DNA of 64,000 nucleotides, taken from contig MU058781.1 of assembly GCA_013265495.1 (NCBI GenBank), forward strand, positions 11,763,009-11,827,008, read 5' to 3'. Both the position numbers and the translations under genes were made by a program. The stretch comes from Vicugna vicugna (Eukaryota). This document shows positions 26,076 through 40,320 of the stretch, one piece after another. The notes below the pieces were generated by a model. That model was not told where the DNA came from. It saw only the letters and a program-made list of their open reading frames with translations, and did not search any database. How positions within the stretch are numbered: the first letter of the stretch is position 1; the number at the start of each line of letters is the position of its first letter.

Positions 26076-27799
26076 TTATAGTCCCCAAGGATGAAAACCA
26101 TGAGTGTGGGAGACCTACCATGATCAACAAACAAATGCCCACTTGCAGGATGGCTGAGAGGAGAGTTCTGATCTGTGAGACAGTTAGATATGTAAGAAGT
26201 GCGACTGACTGCTGATTTCCAGTTCCTAAAAACTAAAAGTAAAGCTACTACAGGTCAACAAGTGGATACTCACAAAACCCAGTTAAGAGAAGATCTGGTG
26301 CTAGCTCTCGGCAAGGTGGACCACCAGCCTCTCTGAATAAAATGAGGTTAATATCTTCTCTGGCTAATGCAGTGTTGATAGGATTAAACTAGGTGGTATA
26401 AATGTCTATACAGAAAGTATTACACAAACAAGTTTTTTTTCAATTATTATTGCTAGCTTGTGACTAGACCAACAGTGGGGAGGCCACCTAAGCCATTGTA
26501 GACCTTCTGTTGTTTGGAGACCATCCAAGTGACATCACCACGTTGGATACTGCACATTCAAGAAACAGTATCGAGAAATATACAGAAAGATGTCTAAGAG
26601 CCCCGGCAATAGATTAAGACAGACCTGAATTCTGCCTCTGTGTGCCATTAGGTGAATGACTTAACCTCCTCATCTGTAAAATGTAAATAATGGAGTGCTG
26701 AGAATTAAAATGAGATCAGGTCAATAAAGTGTTTGGCACAAGACCTAGGGTACATCAGGGACTCAGCTAAGTGGTAGCTCTCATCATTAATAACGAGCAC
26801 TTATTCATACAGGACATCTACCGCTTTTTAACATTTAAATAATTTTTATCCATATGATTTCATTGCTTAGCAAAGCCTCCCTTAGGAAGGAGTGTGGCAA
26901 ATTTATATCCACTTTTCCAATACGAAAAATAATGCACAGAAAAGAAACATGCCTTGCTATGGTGAACTAACACAAGGACTGGGTTCACCTGGGAAGATTT
27001 AAGGGGCACTACAATAGCTAGAATGGTCTAGGAATAAATGTCCTTTTGTTCACATCATTCATCCTAGATGACTAGCATGAGATGAAGGATAAAGATCTTC
27101 AGAGTCTTTTATTCTTAATACCTTTCAATAGGAAGACAGTAGCATGCTAGGGAAGGAAAATTTAGGTAGATTTTTTTTTAAGCCAGACTTAAGAAGTGCA
27201 AATATTCTGTTGCAGACCAGTCCAAGGAAAGAGGTCAAATGAGGTAAAAATCCCCTACCAAAAATCCCCAGCGTTTGGTGAGAGTTTAGAAGACAAACTA
27301 CGTTAGACCCAACAAGAGGAGTTGGAGCCAGTGTAACACCAGCATCTGAATACGTTCTTCATTAGCCACAGAAAAAGCAGAGGAGGAAGATAACTTTTCC
27401 ATGTAATCAATCAACTTGCAATAAGACGTTTGGAATATGTTTCAGTGGTTCCTCTCATTACCTCAAGGGAAAGTTTTCAGTAAATTGCTGGCTTTTCATC
27501 AGCTAAAGGTAATAAAAGTCAAATAATGAGAAATGTTTTGCAAGAAAAGAATTAACTATATTGGGAAGAGTGTTTTTCAAGTGTTTTTCCACGAGGGTGG
27601 AAAAACGGAATAACACAGTAGTCCAGCGGTCACTGAGCATGCTGCTGCCTCTGTTTCCTTCTTTTTTTCTTTATTTCTTCCTTTCTTCCCCTCCTTCCCT
27701 CTCTCCCTTTCTTGTGGTGATTAGCTTTGTCTTCCTATATTTCTTTCTTCTTTCTTGTCTTCCTCCCTCCCTCTCTCTCTTCCTTTCTTTCTTTTTTTC

Positions 27800-28075
27800 G
27801 TATTTCTTTATTTTTATTTTTTTATTGAAGTGTAGTCACTTTACAATGTGTGTCAATTTCTGGTGTACAGCATAAAGTTTCAGTCATATATATACATACA
27901 TATATTCATTGTTATGTTCTTTTTCATCATTGGTTACTACAAGATATTGAATATAGTTCTCTGTGCTATACGGTAGGAACTTGTTGTTTATCTATTTTAT
28001 ATATAGTAGTTAGTATCTGCAAATCCCAAACTACCAATTTATTCCTTCCCACCCCTTCCCCCCACCCCTAGTAAC
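27800..28075 (-). mobile_element. LINE-1 3'UTR fragment
   Basis: ttttattgaagtgtagtcactttacaatg...gttactacaagatattgaatatagttctctgtgctata, same family of 3' ends as at 623-1074. Confidence 0.88.
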
Positions 28076-28079
28076 TATA

Positions 28080-29275
28080 TATACTTATATGGTAAACTGA
28101 TTTTCAGCAACAAAAATTTCCAAGCAGTCCAATGGGAAAAGTATTTCCAACAAATGCTGCTGATACAATTGAATATTCATACGGGGAAAAAATGAACTTT
28201 GACCTTGACCTCACACTCGCACAAAAATTACTGTGAAATAGACCATAGAACTAAACATAAAGGATAGAACTATAAAGCTTCCAAAATAAAACAGAACATT
28301 ATATTTGTGACTTATGAACAGGCAAAGGTTTCTTGAAAATGACAAAGAAATCCATAACTATAAAAGAAAAGAAAGTGATAAGTTAGACTCCAAAATTGAA
28401 ACTCTGTTCATCAAAAGGCACTATTAAAAATTAATAGACAAACTGTAGACCAGGAGAAGATATTCTCAAAACTAACATTTGACATAGGACTGATAATTAG
28501 AATAGAAAGGGAATTTCTACAACTCAATTTTTTAAAAGGTTAAAAAAAAATCCAGTTCAATAATAAGCAAAATATTTGAACATATGTTTTACGAAGGAAG
28601 ATTTATGAATGACAAACATACGAAAAGGTATTTAACATCACTAATCAGTGAGAATGAATGATCACAGTCTCAGAGAAACAAATTAAAATCACAATGAAAT
28701 ACCACTATACACCCATCAGAATGGTTAAAATTAAAGACTGTAACACGAAATGCTGGCAAAGATACAGAGCAACAGCAATTCTCATAAATTATTGATGGGA
28801 GTGTAAAATGTATTGCCACTTTCTAAAAGGTTAGACAACTTCTTACAAAACTAAACATATGCTGACACCAAAACCCAACAATTCTACTCCTAGGCATTTG
28901 TCCAAGAGCACATGTCCACAAGAAAGTTCATAGCATCTTTATTCATAATAGCCTCAAACAGGAATTAGTTCAGGTAACCACCAATGAGAAAACAGTCTAC
29001 ATTCATATGATAGAATACTACTCAGCAATGAAAAAGGAATGAACTGCTGGTACATGGATGAATCCCAAAATTTCACTTGTTGAGTGAAGAAACTTTCCAC
29101 AAAGGAGTACACATTGTATAATTGTGTTTACATAAAGTTCCAAGACAGGCTTAAGTCATCTGTGGGGAATTAAAAATAAGGTCAGCATTGCCTCTGGGAA
29201 GTACGAGCAGGGATTGACTAAGAAGGGTCATAAAGGAATTATTTGGGGGTAATAATAACGTTCTCTATCTTCAAA
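28080..29275 (+). mobile_element. Old L1M ORF2 C-terminal/3' remnant
   Basis: Degraded ORF2-like text (aattaaaatcacaatgaaataccactatacacccatcagaatgg; gaatactactcagcaatgaaaaagga). Confidence 0.82.
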
Positions 29276-30016
29276 GGTGTTCACGTTGCCACCCCGGGAG
29301 AATCGAGGGAAAGGGCGACCCTGTGCCTACAGCATCCCCCGCTCCACGCGGTTCGGCCCACTGCCAACCCAGGATCCGCCACCCAAGGTGGAAACCCAGG
29401 CCGGAAACATCAAACCAAACCCAGCGGAAGGATTCAACTCGAACTTTTCCAAGCGACAGAGACCACCTGTCACAGAGCTCACCAGTTTGAATAGCCTGCC
29501 ACCTTTCCCACGAGATCTCATTAAGGCTGGACACACTTGCAGTGTGTAGGCTCAGAATCCAATACCTGAGAAAAGAGTTTTTTAGGTATTGCCTTAAAAT
29601 CCTCCTCAGCTAGCAGAGATGGAGACCAGCATAGCCTTAGAGCAAACTCAGAGAAGACCTGAAAGGGGTAAGAAACAGCCGACTGCAGGCTCGGAATGGC
29701 TTTGTAGTGGTTGTCACTATGGACGCGCTGGTCTTTTCCGCTTCTCCGACTGCTGCGGATTCCCTAGGGTTTCCGCTTCTTGTGTTAGACATCAGACTGC
29801 AGCATCAGCCGCACCCGGCGTGTAAACTTTCCAAGTGTGCTTGTCTCCCAAAAGAATTCATGGAGTGGGGCCTCCCCCTGCCAGCAGTCTGTTACAACCC
29901 ACACCAGCTTCCTTCAGAAACTCTTTTATGGAATTATGCGTCATCTGCCAATTACTTGGATAATTCATCTGGATTCCTGCAATGAGTTTCCAACGAAGGT
30001 TAAGAATCTTCATGGA

Positions 30017-30150
30017 TGGGGTGGGCGGGGGAGGGCGCAGCTCTGTGGTAGAGCGCGTGCCTAGCATGCACAAGGTCCTGGGTTCAATCCCCAGTGCCTC
30101 CATTAAAAAAAATAATAATAAATAAGCCTAATTCCCTTCCCTCACCCCAA
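30017..30150 (+). mobile_element. tRNA-Ala-derived SINE, young
   Basis: Perfect 15-bp TSD aagaatcttcatgga at 30002-30016 and 30151-30165; head retains CpGs (gagcgcgtgc). Confidence 0.93.
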
Positions 30151-31854
30151 AAGAATCTTCATGGACAGAATGAGCCTCCAGTTGCTTTTACACAGTAGTT
30201 GCTCACCATATGCCAACCCCCATTCCATACTTGAAACCCAAACACACACACACTAGAACTAAACACAAACCAGACTTTACACCTCCTGTCTGGGATGTCA
30301 AGGGAACAAATACTCTAGAAAGCAGAACTGTGTGTGGGAGGATCAGGGTGCCGAGATGCTTTGCTGGGCCAATAACCATACTCAGATGCTTAAGTGTGAA
30401 GAGAGGGGCTTCTTACCAAAGAAAGACAACAGGCCTGGGTTCTACTGAACACACGCGTGGGTTTCTTTTTAATGGCGGGCTAGATTACATCAGCGCAACT
30501 CAAGATCGCTCCCAAACGAAGAAGGAACAGAGCATTTACAAAAACAAAATAGATATTACCTTTACTGTTCACCACTGGAGAAGCTGTGTTGTATGACATG
30601 AACAGTCCTTTCCCGTCTGACATGATGGGTCCTTTACTAATGAGGACAAAAAGTATCACCTGGAAAAAACCCATTACCGTATTAATTGTAAAGAAAGATC
30701 CCTTAATCCTAGGTCCCTTCTAGGTACTATGAAACAACAAAAAGAGTCTGGGTATCTCCATTCTGTTTCAAATACTGTCACCTTTGAAAGAAGCTTTTTA
30801 AATAAATCTATGCATGAAGGTACTAATTGGTAAGACAATATTGTGCCAAGTAGGAAATGATAATAACCTAAAATATGAGTCAGTTGGTCCATCTCAAGAA
30901 ATAAACTTGATGCTTTTCAGAGATCATGTAAGGTTTTTTTCCCATGTTATGATAACAGTGACTTTGACCAGACTAGGAAAACCTTTGACCTTGAAGATAT
31001 CAAACACGGGCAGCAGACTGAGGAATTTTTCCAATCTGAATTTCTGGTAAAGATTTTTATCTGTTGGCCTAACAGAGGAAATCTTGTCTTATGTCCAAGA
31101 TTCTTTTTATCAGCATCCGTTCCTGTGTTCAGATCACCAGCAGCAACATTCTGTGGTCCTCAAGCCAGGCTGCAGGGTAGGTAGGTAGAACCACAGCAGT
31201 GGCTCCAGCACCAACAAAAAACACAAGGTCGGGCTGCAGAAAATGAGTCAGAAACTGAGGCTGATGCAAGTTCATGGCGGGCCTGCAGTTTGGAAATCGG
31301 ACCAGTCATTGCCTTTCCGTTGTCCCCAGCAAGACCTACAACTGTGTGAGTTCCATTCAGACTGGCAGGAATCAGAATTCCCCTACAACTCTGAGTTTAA
31401 GACCATGCCTTCCACACAGAACTTTATTCCCTGCTTACCTAATTGGACTTTGGGAAGTTTTTTTTTTTTTCTCTGTGATTTATCATAACATTTTGTGTAT
31501 ATTTCCCTGTGCTATACAGTGTAATCTTGTTTATCAGTTCTACAATTTTGAAATCCCAGTCTATCCCTTCCCACCCTCTACCCCGCCCCCCCCCGGTAAC
31601 CACAAGTCTGTATTCTCTGTCCATGAGTCTATTTCTGTCCTGTATTTATGCTTTGTTTTTGTTTGTTTGTTTGTTTTTGTTTTTTAGATTCCACATATGA
31701 GCGATCTCATATGGTATTTTTCTTTCTCTTTCTGGCTTACTTCACTTAGAATGACATTCTCTAGGAGGATCCATGTTGCTGCAAATGGCATTATGTTGTC
31801 GGTTTTTATGGCTGAGTAGTATTCCATTGTGTAAATATACCACATCTTCTTTAT

Positions 31855-34800
31855 TCAGTCACCTATTGATGGACATTTAGGTTGTTTCCATGTTTTGGCT
31901 ATTGTAAATAGTGCTGCTATGAACATTGGGGTGCAGGTGTCATCCTGAAGTAGATTTCCTTCTGGGTACAAGCCCAGGAGTGGGATTCCTGGGTCATATG
32001 GTAAGTCTATTCCTAGTCTTTTGAGGAATCGCCACACTGTTTTCCATAGTGGCTGCACCAAACTGCATTCCCACCAGCAGTGTAGGAGGGTTCCCCTTTC
32101 TCCACAGCCTCTCCAGCATTTGTCATTTTTGGATTTTTGAATGACGGCCATTCTGACTGGTGTGAGGTGATACCTCATTGTAGTTTTGATTTGCATTTCT
32201 CTGATAATTAGTGATATTGAACATTTTTTCATGTGTTTTTTGATCATTTGTATGTCTTCCTTGGAGAATTGCTTGTTTAGGTCTTCTGCCCATTTTTGGA
32301 TTGGGTTGTTTATTTTTTTCTTATTGAGTCGTATGAGCTGCTTATATATTTTGGAGATCAAGCCTTTGTCGGTTTCACTTGCAAAAATTTTCTCCCATTC
32401 CGTAGGTTTTCTTCTTGTTTTATTTCTGGTTTCCTTTGCTCTGCAGAAGCTTGTAAGTTTCATTAGGTCCCATTTGTTTATTCTTGCTTTTATTTCTTCT
32501 AGGAGAAAATTTTTGAAATGTATGTCAGATAATGTTTTGCCTATGTTTTCCTCTAGGAGGTTTATTGTATCTTGTCTTATGTTTAAGTCTTTAATCCATT
32601 TTGAGTTGATTTTTGTATATGGTGTAAGGGTGTGTTCTAGCTTCATTGTTTTACATGCTGCTGTCCAGTTTTCCCAACACCATTTGCTGAAGAGACTGTC
32701 TTTATTCCATTGTATATTCTTGCCTCCTTTGTCGAAGATGAGTTGACCAAAAGTTTGTGGGTTCATTTCTGGGCTCTCTATTCTGTTCCATTGGTCTATA
32801 TGTCTGTTTTGGTACCAATACCATGCTGTCTTGATGACTGTAGCTCTATAGTATTGTCTGAAGTCTGGGAGAGTTATTCCTCCAGCCTCTTTCTTTCTCT
32901 TCAGTAATGCTTTAGCAATTCTAGGTCTTTGATGGTTCCATATAAATTTTATTATGATTTGTTCTAGTTCTGTGAAATATGTCCTGGGTAATTGGATAGG
33001 GATTGCATTAAATCTGTAGATTGCCTTGGGCAGTGTGACCATTTTAACAATATTGATTCTTCCAATCCAAGAGCATGGAATATCTTTCCATTTTTTAAAG
33101 TCTTCTTTAATTTCCTTCATCAATGGTTTATAGTTTTCTGTGTATAATTCTTTCACCTCCTTGGTTAGATTTATTCCCAGATATTTTATTACTTTGGGTG
33201 CTATTTTAAAGGGGATTGTTTCTTTACTTTCTTTTTCTGTTGATTTATCGTTAGTGTAAAGAAAGGCAACTGATTTTTGAACATTAATTTTGTAACCTGC
33301 TACCTTGCTGAATTCTTCGATCAGCTCTAGTAGCTTTTTTGTGGACCTTTTAGGGTTTTCTATATATAGTAACATGTCGTCAGCATATAATGACACTTTT
33401 ACCTCTTCTTTTCCAATTTGGATCCCTTTTATTTCTTTCTCTTGCCTGATTGCTGTGGCTAGGACTTCCAGGACTATATTGAATAGGAGTGGTGATAGTG
33501 GGCATCCTTGTCTTGTCCCAGATTTTAGTGGGAAGCTTTTGAGTTTTTCACCGTTGAGAACTATGCTGGCTATAGGTTTGTCATATATAGCTTTTATTAT
33601 GTTGAGATATGTTCCCTCTATACCCACTTTGGCGAGAGTTTTTATCATAAATGGGTGTTGAATTTTATCAAATGCTTTTTCTGCATCGATTGAGATGATC
33701 ATGTGGTTTTTGTCCTTTCTCTTGTTGATGTGATGTATTACATTGATTGATTTGCGTATGTTGAACCAGCCTTGTGTCCCTGGGATGAACCCCACTTGGT
33801 CATGATGTATAATCTTTTTTATGTGTTGTTGGATTCTATTTGCTAAAATTTTGGTGAGGATTTTGGCGTCTATGTTCATCAGTGATATTGGCCTATAATT
33901 CTCTTTTTTTGTAGTGTCTTTGCCTGGTTTTGGTATCAGGGTGATGGTGGCTTCATAGAATGAGTTTGGGAGTATTCCCTCCTTTTCAATCGTCTGGAAG
34001 AGTTTGAGAAGGACTGGTATGAGTTCTTCTTTGTATGTTTGGTAGAATTCCCCGGTGAAGCCGTCCGGTCCTGGACTTTTATTTGTAGGGAGGTTTTTAA
34101 TTGCTATTTCTATTTCCTTTCTAGTGATCGGATTGTTCAAGTGTTCAGTTTCTTCTTGATTCAGTTTTGGTGGACAGTATGTTTCCAGAAACTTGTCCAT
34201 CTCCTCTAGGTTATCCAGTTTGGTTCCATATAGTTTTTCATAATATTCTCGTATGATATTCTGTATTTCTATTTTGTTTGTTGTAATTTCTCCATTTTCC
34301 TTTCTTATTTTGCTAATTTGTGCTCTCTCTTTTTTCTTCTTTGTGAGTTTGGCCAGAGGTTTGTCGATTTTATTTACTTTTTCAAAAAACCAGCTTTTGG
34401 TTTGGTTGATTTTTTCTATGGTCTTGTTAATCTCTATTGTATTTAATTCCTCTCTGATCTTTATTATTTCCTTCCTTCTGCTGCTTTTTGGGGCTTTTTG
34501 TTCTTCTTTTTCTAATTGATTCAGGTGGTGGGTTAACTTGTTTATTTGAGATTGTTCTTCTTTTTTGAGGAAGGCCTGTATCGCTATAAACTTCCCTCTT
34601 AGCACTGCCTTTGCTGTGTCCCATAGGTTTTGAGTGGTTGTGCTTTCATTATCATTTGTCTCAAGGTATTTTTTAATTTCAGCTTTGATTTCCTCATTGA
34701 TCCATTGTTTTTTCAATAACATATTGTTTAATCTCCATGCTTTTCTTTTTTTCTCCTTTGTTTCTCTGTTGTTGATTTCCAGTTTCATGGCATTGTGGTC

Positions 34801-35481
34801 AGTAAAGATGCTTGAGATAATTTCTATCTTCTTAAATTTGTTGAGGTTTCTTTTGTGTCCAAGTACATGATCGATCCTGGAAAATGTTCCATGTGCACTT
34901 GAAAAGAATGTATATTCTATTTTTTGGGGGTGTAATGCTCTGAAAATATCCACCAAATCTAGTTTTTCTATTGTAGTATTTAATTTCTCTGTTGCCTTGT
35001 TTATTTTCTGTCTGGAAGATCTGTCTAGTGATGTTAATGCAGTGTTAAAATCTCCAACTATGATTGTATTCCCATCAATATCCCCCTTTATCTCTGTTAG
35101 TAATTCTTGTATGTACTTAGGTGCTCCTATATTGGGTGCATATATATTAACGAGTGTAATATCTTCATCTTGTATCACTCCTTTAATCATTATAAAATGT
35201 CCTTCTTTATCTTTCTTTATGGCCTTTGTTTTAAAGTCTATTTTGTCTGAAATCAGTACTGCAACACCTGCTTTTTTGGCTTTTCCATTTGCATGGAATA
35301 TCCTTTTCCATCCTTTCACTCTCAATCTATATGTGTCCTTCTCCCTAAAGTGGGTCTCTTGTATGCAGCATATTGAAGGTTCTTGCTTTATTATCCAGTC
35401 TGCCACTCTATGTCTTTTGACTGGAGCATTTAGTCCATTAACATTTACAGTAATTAATGATAGATGTGTGTTTATTGCCAT
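31855..35481 (-). CDS. LINE-1 ORF2p (APE endonuclease, reverse transcriptase, CCHC), 1208 aa, prematurely terminated; native stop at 31684-31686
   Basis: EN motifs NVNGLN, IQETH, VGDFN, SRIDH, TDHN; RT motifs QGCPLSP, YADD, YLG; CWRGC..HCWWEC knuckle; frame continues past the TGA as IKKMWYIYTMEYYSAI...LICGI*. Confidence 0.96.
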   Translation of the reverse strand: MAINTHLSLITVNVNGLNAPVKRHRVADWIIKQEPSICCIQETHFREKDTYRLRVKGWKRIFHANGKAKKAGVAVLISDKIDFKTKAIKKDKEGHFIMIKGVIQDEDITLVNIYAPNIGAPKYIQELLTEIKGDIDGNTIIVGDFNTALTSLDRSSRQKINKATEKLNTTIEKLDLVDIFRALHPQKIEYTFFSSAHGTFSRIDHVLGHKRNLNKFKKIEIISSIFTDHNAMKLEINNRETKEKKRKAWRLNNMLLKKQWINEEIKAEIKKYLETNDNESTTTQNLWDTAKAVLRGKFIAIQAFLKKEEQSQINKLTHHLNQLEKEEQKAPKSSRRKEIIKIREELNTIEINKTIEKINQTKSWFFEKVNKIDKPLAKLTKKKKERAQISKIRKENGEITTNKIEIQNIIREYYEKLYGTKLDNLEEMDKFLETYCPPKLNQEETEHLNNPITRKEIEIAIKNLPTNKSPGPDGFTGEFYQTYKEELIPVLLKLFQTIEKEGILPNSFYEATITLIPKPGKDTTKKENYRPISLMNIDAKILTKILANRIQQHIKKIIHHDQVGFIPGTQGWFNIRKSINVIHHINKRKDKNHMIISIDAEKAFDKIQHPFMIKTLAKVGIEGTYLNIIKAIYDKPIASIVLNGEKLKSFPLKSGTRQGCPLSPLLFNIVLEVLATAIRQEKEIKGIQIGKEEVKVSLYADDMLLYIENPKRSTKKLLELIEEFSKVAGYKINVQKSVAFLYTNDKSTEKESKETIPFKIAPKVIKYLGINLTKEVKELYTENYKPLMKEIKEDFKKWKDIPCSWIGRINIVKMVTLPKAIYRFNAIPIQLPRTYFTELEQIIIKFIWNHQRPRIAKALLKRKKEAGGITLPDFRQYYRATVIKTAWYWYQNRHIDQWNRIESPEMNPQTFGQLIFDKGGKNIQWNKDSLFSKWCWENWTAACKTMKLEHTLTPYTKINSKWIKDLNIRQDTINLLEENIGKTLSDIHFKNFLLEEIKARINKWDLMKLTSFCRAKETRNKTRRKPTEWEKIFASETDKGLISKIYKQLIRLNKKKINNPIQKWAEDLNKQFSKEDIQMIKKHMKKCSISLIIREMQIKTTMRYHLTPVRMAVIQKSKNDKCWRGCGERGTLLHCWWECSLVQPLWKTVWRFLKRLGIDLPYDPGIPLLGLYPEGNLLQDDTCTPMFIAALFTIAKTWKQPKCPSIGD

Positions 35482-35878
35482 TTTGAACTTATCTTTGCAG
35501 TTGAATTGGTATATCCTCTTTGTTCCTTTCTTCTTCCTTTTGTGGTTTGGTAATTTTCCTTTGTATTATCATGGATTTTATTTAATTTTTGTGACTCCCT
35601 TGTAAATTTTTGACTTGTGGTTACCCTTTTTTGTAAATCTATTAACCTATACCCGTTTTTAATAAACTGATAATAACATGATCTCAAACCCATCCTACTG
35701 TTAAAAAAATTTAAAAAAGAAAGAAAAAAAATTCTATATTTCCCTGCCTCCCTCTCCCACTCTCAGTGATTTGTATGTCTTCTTTTATAATTTCGTGTTT
35801 TCTTTATTTGTAATTCATGAGTTATCACCTTTCCAGTTGTACGTTTCTCATTTCTGTAGCATCCTGCTGCTTTTCTAT

Positions 35879-36781
35879 TTAGAATAGCCCTTTCAATATT
35901 TCTTTTAGCATGGGTTTAGTGTTGCTAAACTCCTGCAGCTTTTTTTTGTCTGTGAAACTCTTTATTTCTCCTTCTATCCTAAAGGATAGCCTTGCTGGAT
36001 AAAGTATCCTAGGCTGCATCTTTTTTTCATTCAGGGCTTTGAATATATCTTGCCACTCCCTTCTGGCCTGTAGTGTTTGTGTAGAGAAATCAGCTGAGAG
36101 CCTTATGGGGGTTCCCTTGTAGTTCACTCTTTGCTTTTCTCTTGCTGCCTTTAGAATCATTTCTTTATCCTTGACTCTGGCCATCTTGATTATGATATGT
36201 CTTGGTGTGGGTCTATTTGGGTTCTTCCTGTTTGGGACCCTCTGAGCTTCCTGTACTTGGATATCTGATTCCTTCTTTAAGTTTGGGAAGTTTTCAGTCA
36301 TGATTTCTTCAAAAACCTTTTCAATCCCCTTTGATCCTTCTTCCCCTTCTGGGACCCCTATTATGCGAAGATTGGGACGCTTTATATTATCCCATAGGTC
36401 CCTTATGCTATTATCATTATTTTTTATTTGCTTATCTTGTAGTTCTTCTGAATGGGTGCTTTCTGTTGCCCTGTCTTCTAGATCACTAATTCGTTCCTCT
36501 GCATTAACTAGTCGGCTTTGCACAGCTGTTAGATCATTCCTCATCTCTGTCAATGAGTTTTCCCATTTTGCTTGGCTCTTCTTTATAGCTTCAATTTCAT
36601 TTTTGACATATTTTATTTCTCTAAGCATTATCTCTTTTAATTCCTTCAGCAATTTGATCACTCCTTTTTTGAAATCTTGATCTAGTAGGCTATCGATGTC
36701 TATTTCATTGAGCTTTCTTTCAGGGGATTCCTCTTGTTCTTTTAATTGGGAAAGGTTTCTCTGCTTCTTCATCTTGCTCAT
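35879..36781 (-). CDS. LINE-1 ORF1p (coiled coil, RRM, CTD), 300 aa, intact
   Basis: Motifs LWDNIKRPNLRIIGVPE, ENFPNL, TPRHIIIK, IRLSADFS..TLQARREW, YPARLSF. Confidence 0.96.
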   Translation of the reverse strand: MSKMKKQRNLSQLKEQEESPERKLNEIDIDSLLDQDFKKGVIKLLKELKEIMLREIKYVKNEIEAIKKSQAKWENSLTEMRNDLTAVQSRLVNAEERISDLEDRATESTHSEELQDKQIKNNDNSIRDLWDNIKRPNLRIIGVPEGEEGSKGIEKVFEEIMTENFPNLKKESDIQVQEAQRVPNRKNPNRPTPRHIIIKMARVKDKEMILKAAREKQRVNYKGTPIRLSADFSTQTLQARREWQDIFKALNEKKMQPRILYPARLSFRIEGEIKSFTDKKKLQEFSNTKPMLKEILKGLF

Positions 36782-38623
<1,842 letters not shown>

Positions 38624-39426
38624 GACTTTGGGAAGTTTTGAACCATCACTGCACCAAATTTCTAAATCACAAGATTTGGTCAATTGTTGGTAAGTTTTTC
38701 AAAAACCAACACCGTGGAGGAAATGCAGAGGCTGTTGTAACTTCTCAGGCATGTTATGCAGGGGACATGTCACGGCATCAGTGTCAGACAGAAGCTCAAC
38801 TTCTGGCTCAGAGACGCTTTAAAACAAATTTCCAAAGGAGGAGTTTTCAGTGAAACCTTTCCAGCTGAACTGAATAGTGTTAAGTAACCCACAGATGGTC
38901 ATGCTCAGACTATCAACTAAGAACGCTACACACCACACATTCTTATCACACATCTTTAGCGTCTTCATTATCCATCAGAAACCAGACCTTTTCCAGAATG
39001 ATATCCAGTGAGTGTCTCTAACTCTAAACCCAATTTTCATGTTGGTTTTGGGATGCTGCTTAAGGTAACATTGCAGAACTGAATGATATAAAATTGAGTA
39101 AAGTTTGATGCCAGCAAGTTCAAAGAGAGGCATTGATACACACTGTTCATACCATCATTTTGATCTTAGAAGACAATTTTAAAAATTAAATAAGTAGACA
39201 TCAGCATTAAAATAGAAACTGTGCTACTACAAATAGTAATATACTGCATGTCACCTTATCCTGAGCGTCACATTGAATGAAATACTTTTAAAGGGGAAAA
39301 TGAGCATTTCAGATGCTTCCAATAAGACAAAATTTCTCTATTTAAATCTGTTATATCAGACTAAAAATGAAACATATGAGGTTGGAACTTCTCAACAGTT
39401 ATTAGTAAATCAAACACAAAGTTAAA

Positions 39427-39605
39427 AGAAAACAAAGATCTGTACAGCACAGGGAACTGTATTCAATTTCTTATAATAACATATAATGGAAAAGAATCTG
39501 AAAAGAAAAAATATATATGTATGCATGTGTATAACTGAATCACTTTGCTGTATACTTGAAACTAATATGGTAAATCAACTACATATCAATAAGAAATTAT
39601 TTTTT
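39427..39605 (+). mobile_element. Short LINE-1 3'UTR fragment
   Basis: ctgtacagcacagggaactgtattcaa...ataactgaatcactttgctgta; flanked by repeated cacaaagttaaa. Confidence 0.85.
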
Positions 39606-40044
39606 AAAAACCCACAAAGTTAAACTAAAATTATTTCCCTGTATTTTTAGCTTCTGTTTTTCTCCCAGATGTTAAAATTGTAATGTTTTTATAAAAAGGA
39701 AATCTCAATGCTTTTCTCTTTCACTGTTTAAGTGCCTCACAATTTTTTTTTTGCCTATAGCATTATAGGATCTATAGTTTATATATAATATGCCATTTTT
39801 CTCATTAAATTAAATTAATATCCTTTCTGCATACAAATATGTTATGTAGTAAATCCAATCATTTTGATCAATTCTGGTATAACTACACAACTCACCTACT
39901 TCGTTCAGATATTACAGAGTAAAAGGCAAATAATGATTGAAAAAAGAAGTACTACATAATCTAAAGGCTTCTAGATTCTAATATTAGGTGTTTTATAGTG
40001 AAAAACTTTTGAAAAGAAAGATAATCTTTCCTAGTTTCTTTTTT

Positions 40045-40320
40045 ACTTTTTGGCTTTTCCCTTTTTTTTTTACTTTATTTTTAACTTTTTTTTTATTGAG
40101 TTATAGTCGTTTTACAATGTTGTGTCAAATTCCAGTGTACAGCAAAATTTTTCAGGTATACATGAACATGTATATATTCATTGTCATTTTTTTTTCGCTG
40201 TGAGCTACCATAAGATCTTGTATATATTTCCCTATGCTATACAGTATAATCTTGTTTATCTATTCTACATTTTGAAATCCCAGTCTGTCCCTTCCCACCC
40301 CCTGCCCCCTTGGCAACTAC
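40045..40320 (-). mobile_element. LINE-1 3'UTR fragment related to the full-length element
   Basis: Shares ttttgaaatcccagtct.tcccttcccacccc with 31547-31577; T-rich tail; flanked by cctagtt repeats. Confidence 0.9.

Noticed and set aside
30028..30102. tRNA-Ala(AGC)-like sequences (also at 16228, 17985, 18951, 23158 and 45217-46903) as real tRNA genes
   Set aside because: They carry extra 5' G/A bases, stem mismatches, a shared non-tRNA tail, A-rich ends and TSDs, so they are SINE copies.
32186..36680. Several plus-strand ORFs of 65-202 aa
   Set aside because: Antisense shadows of L1 ORF1/ORF2 caused by codon bias.
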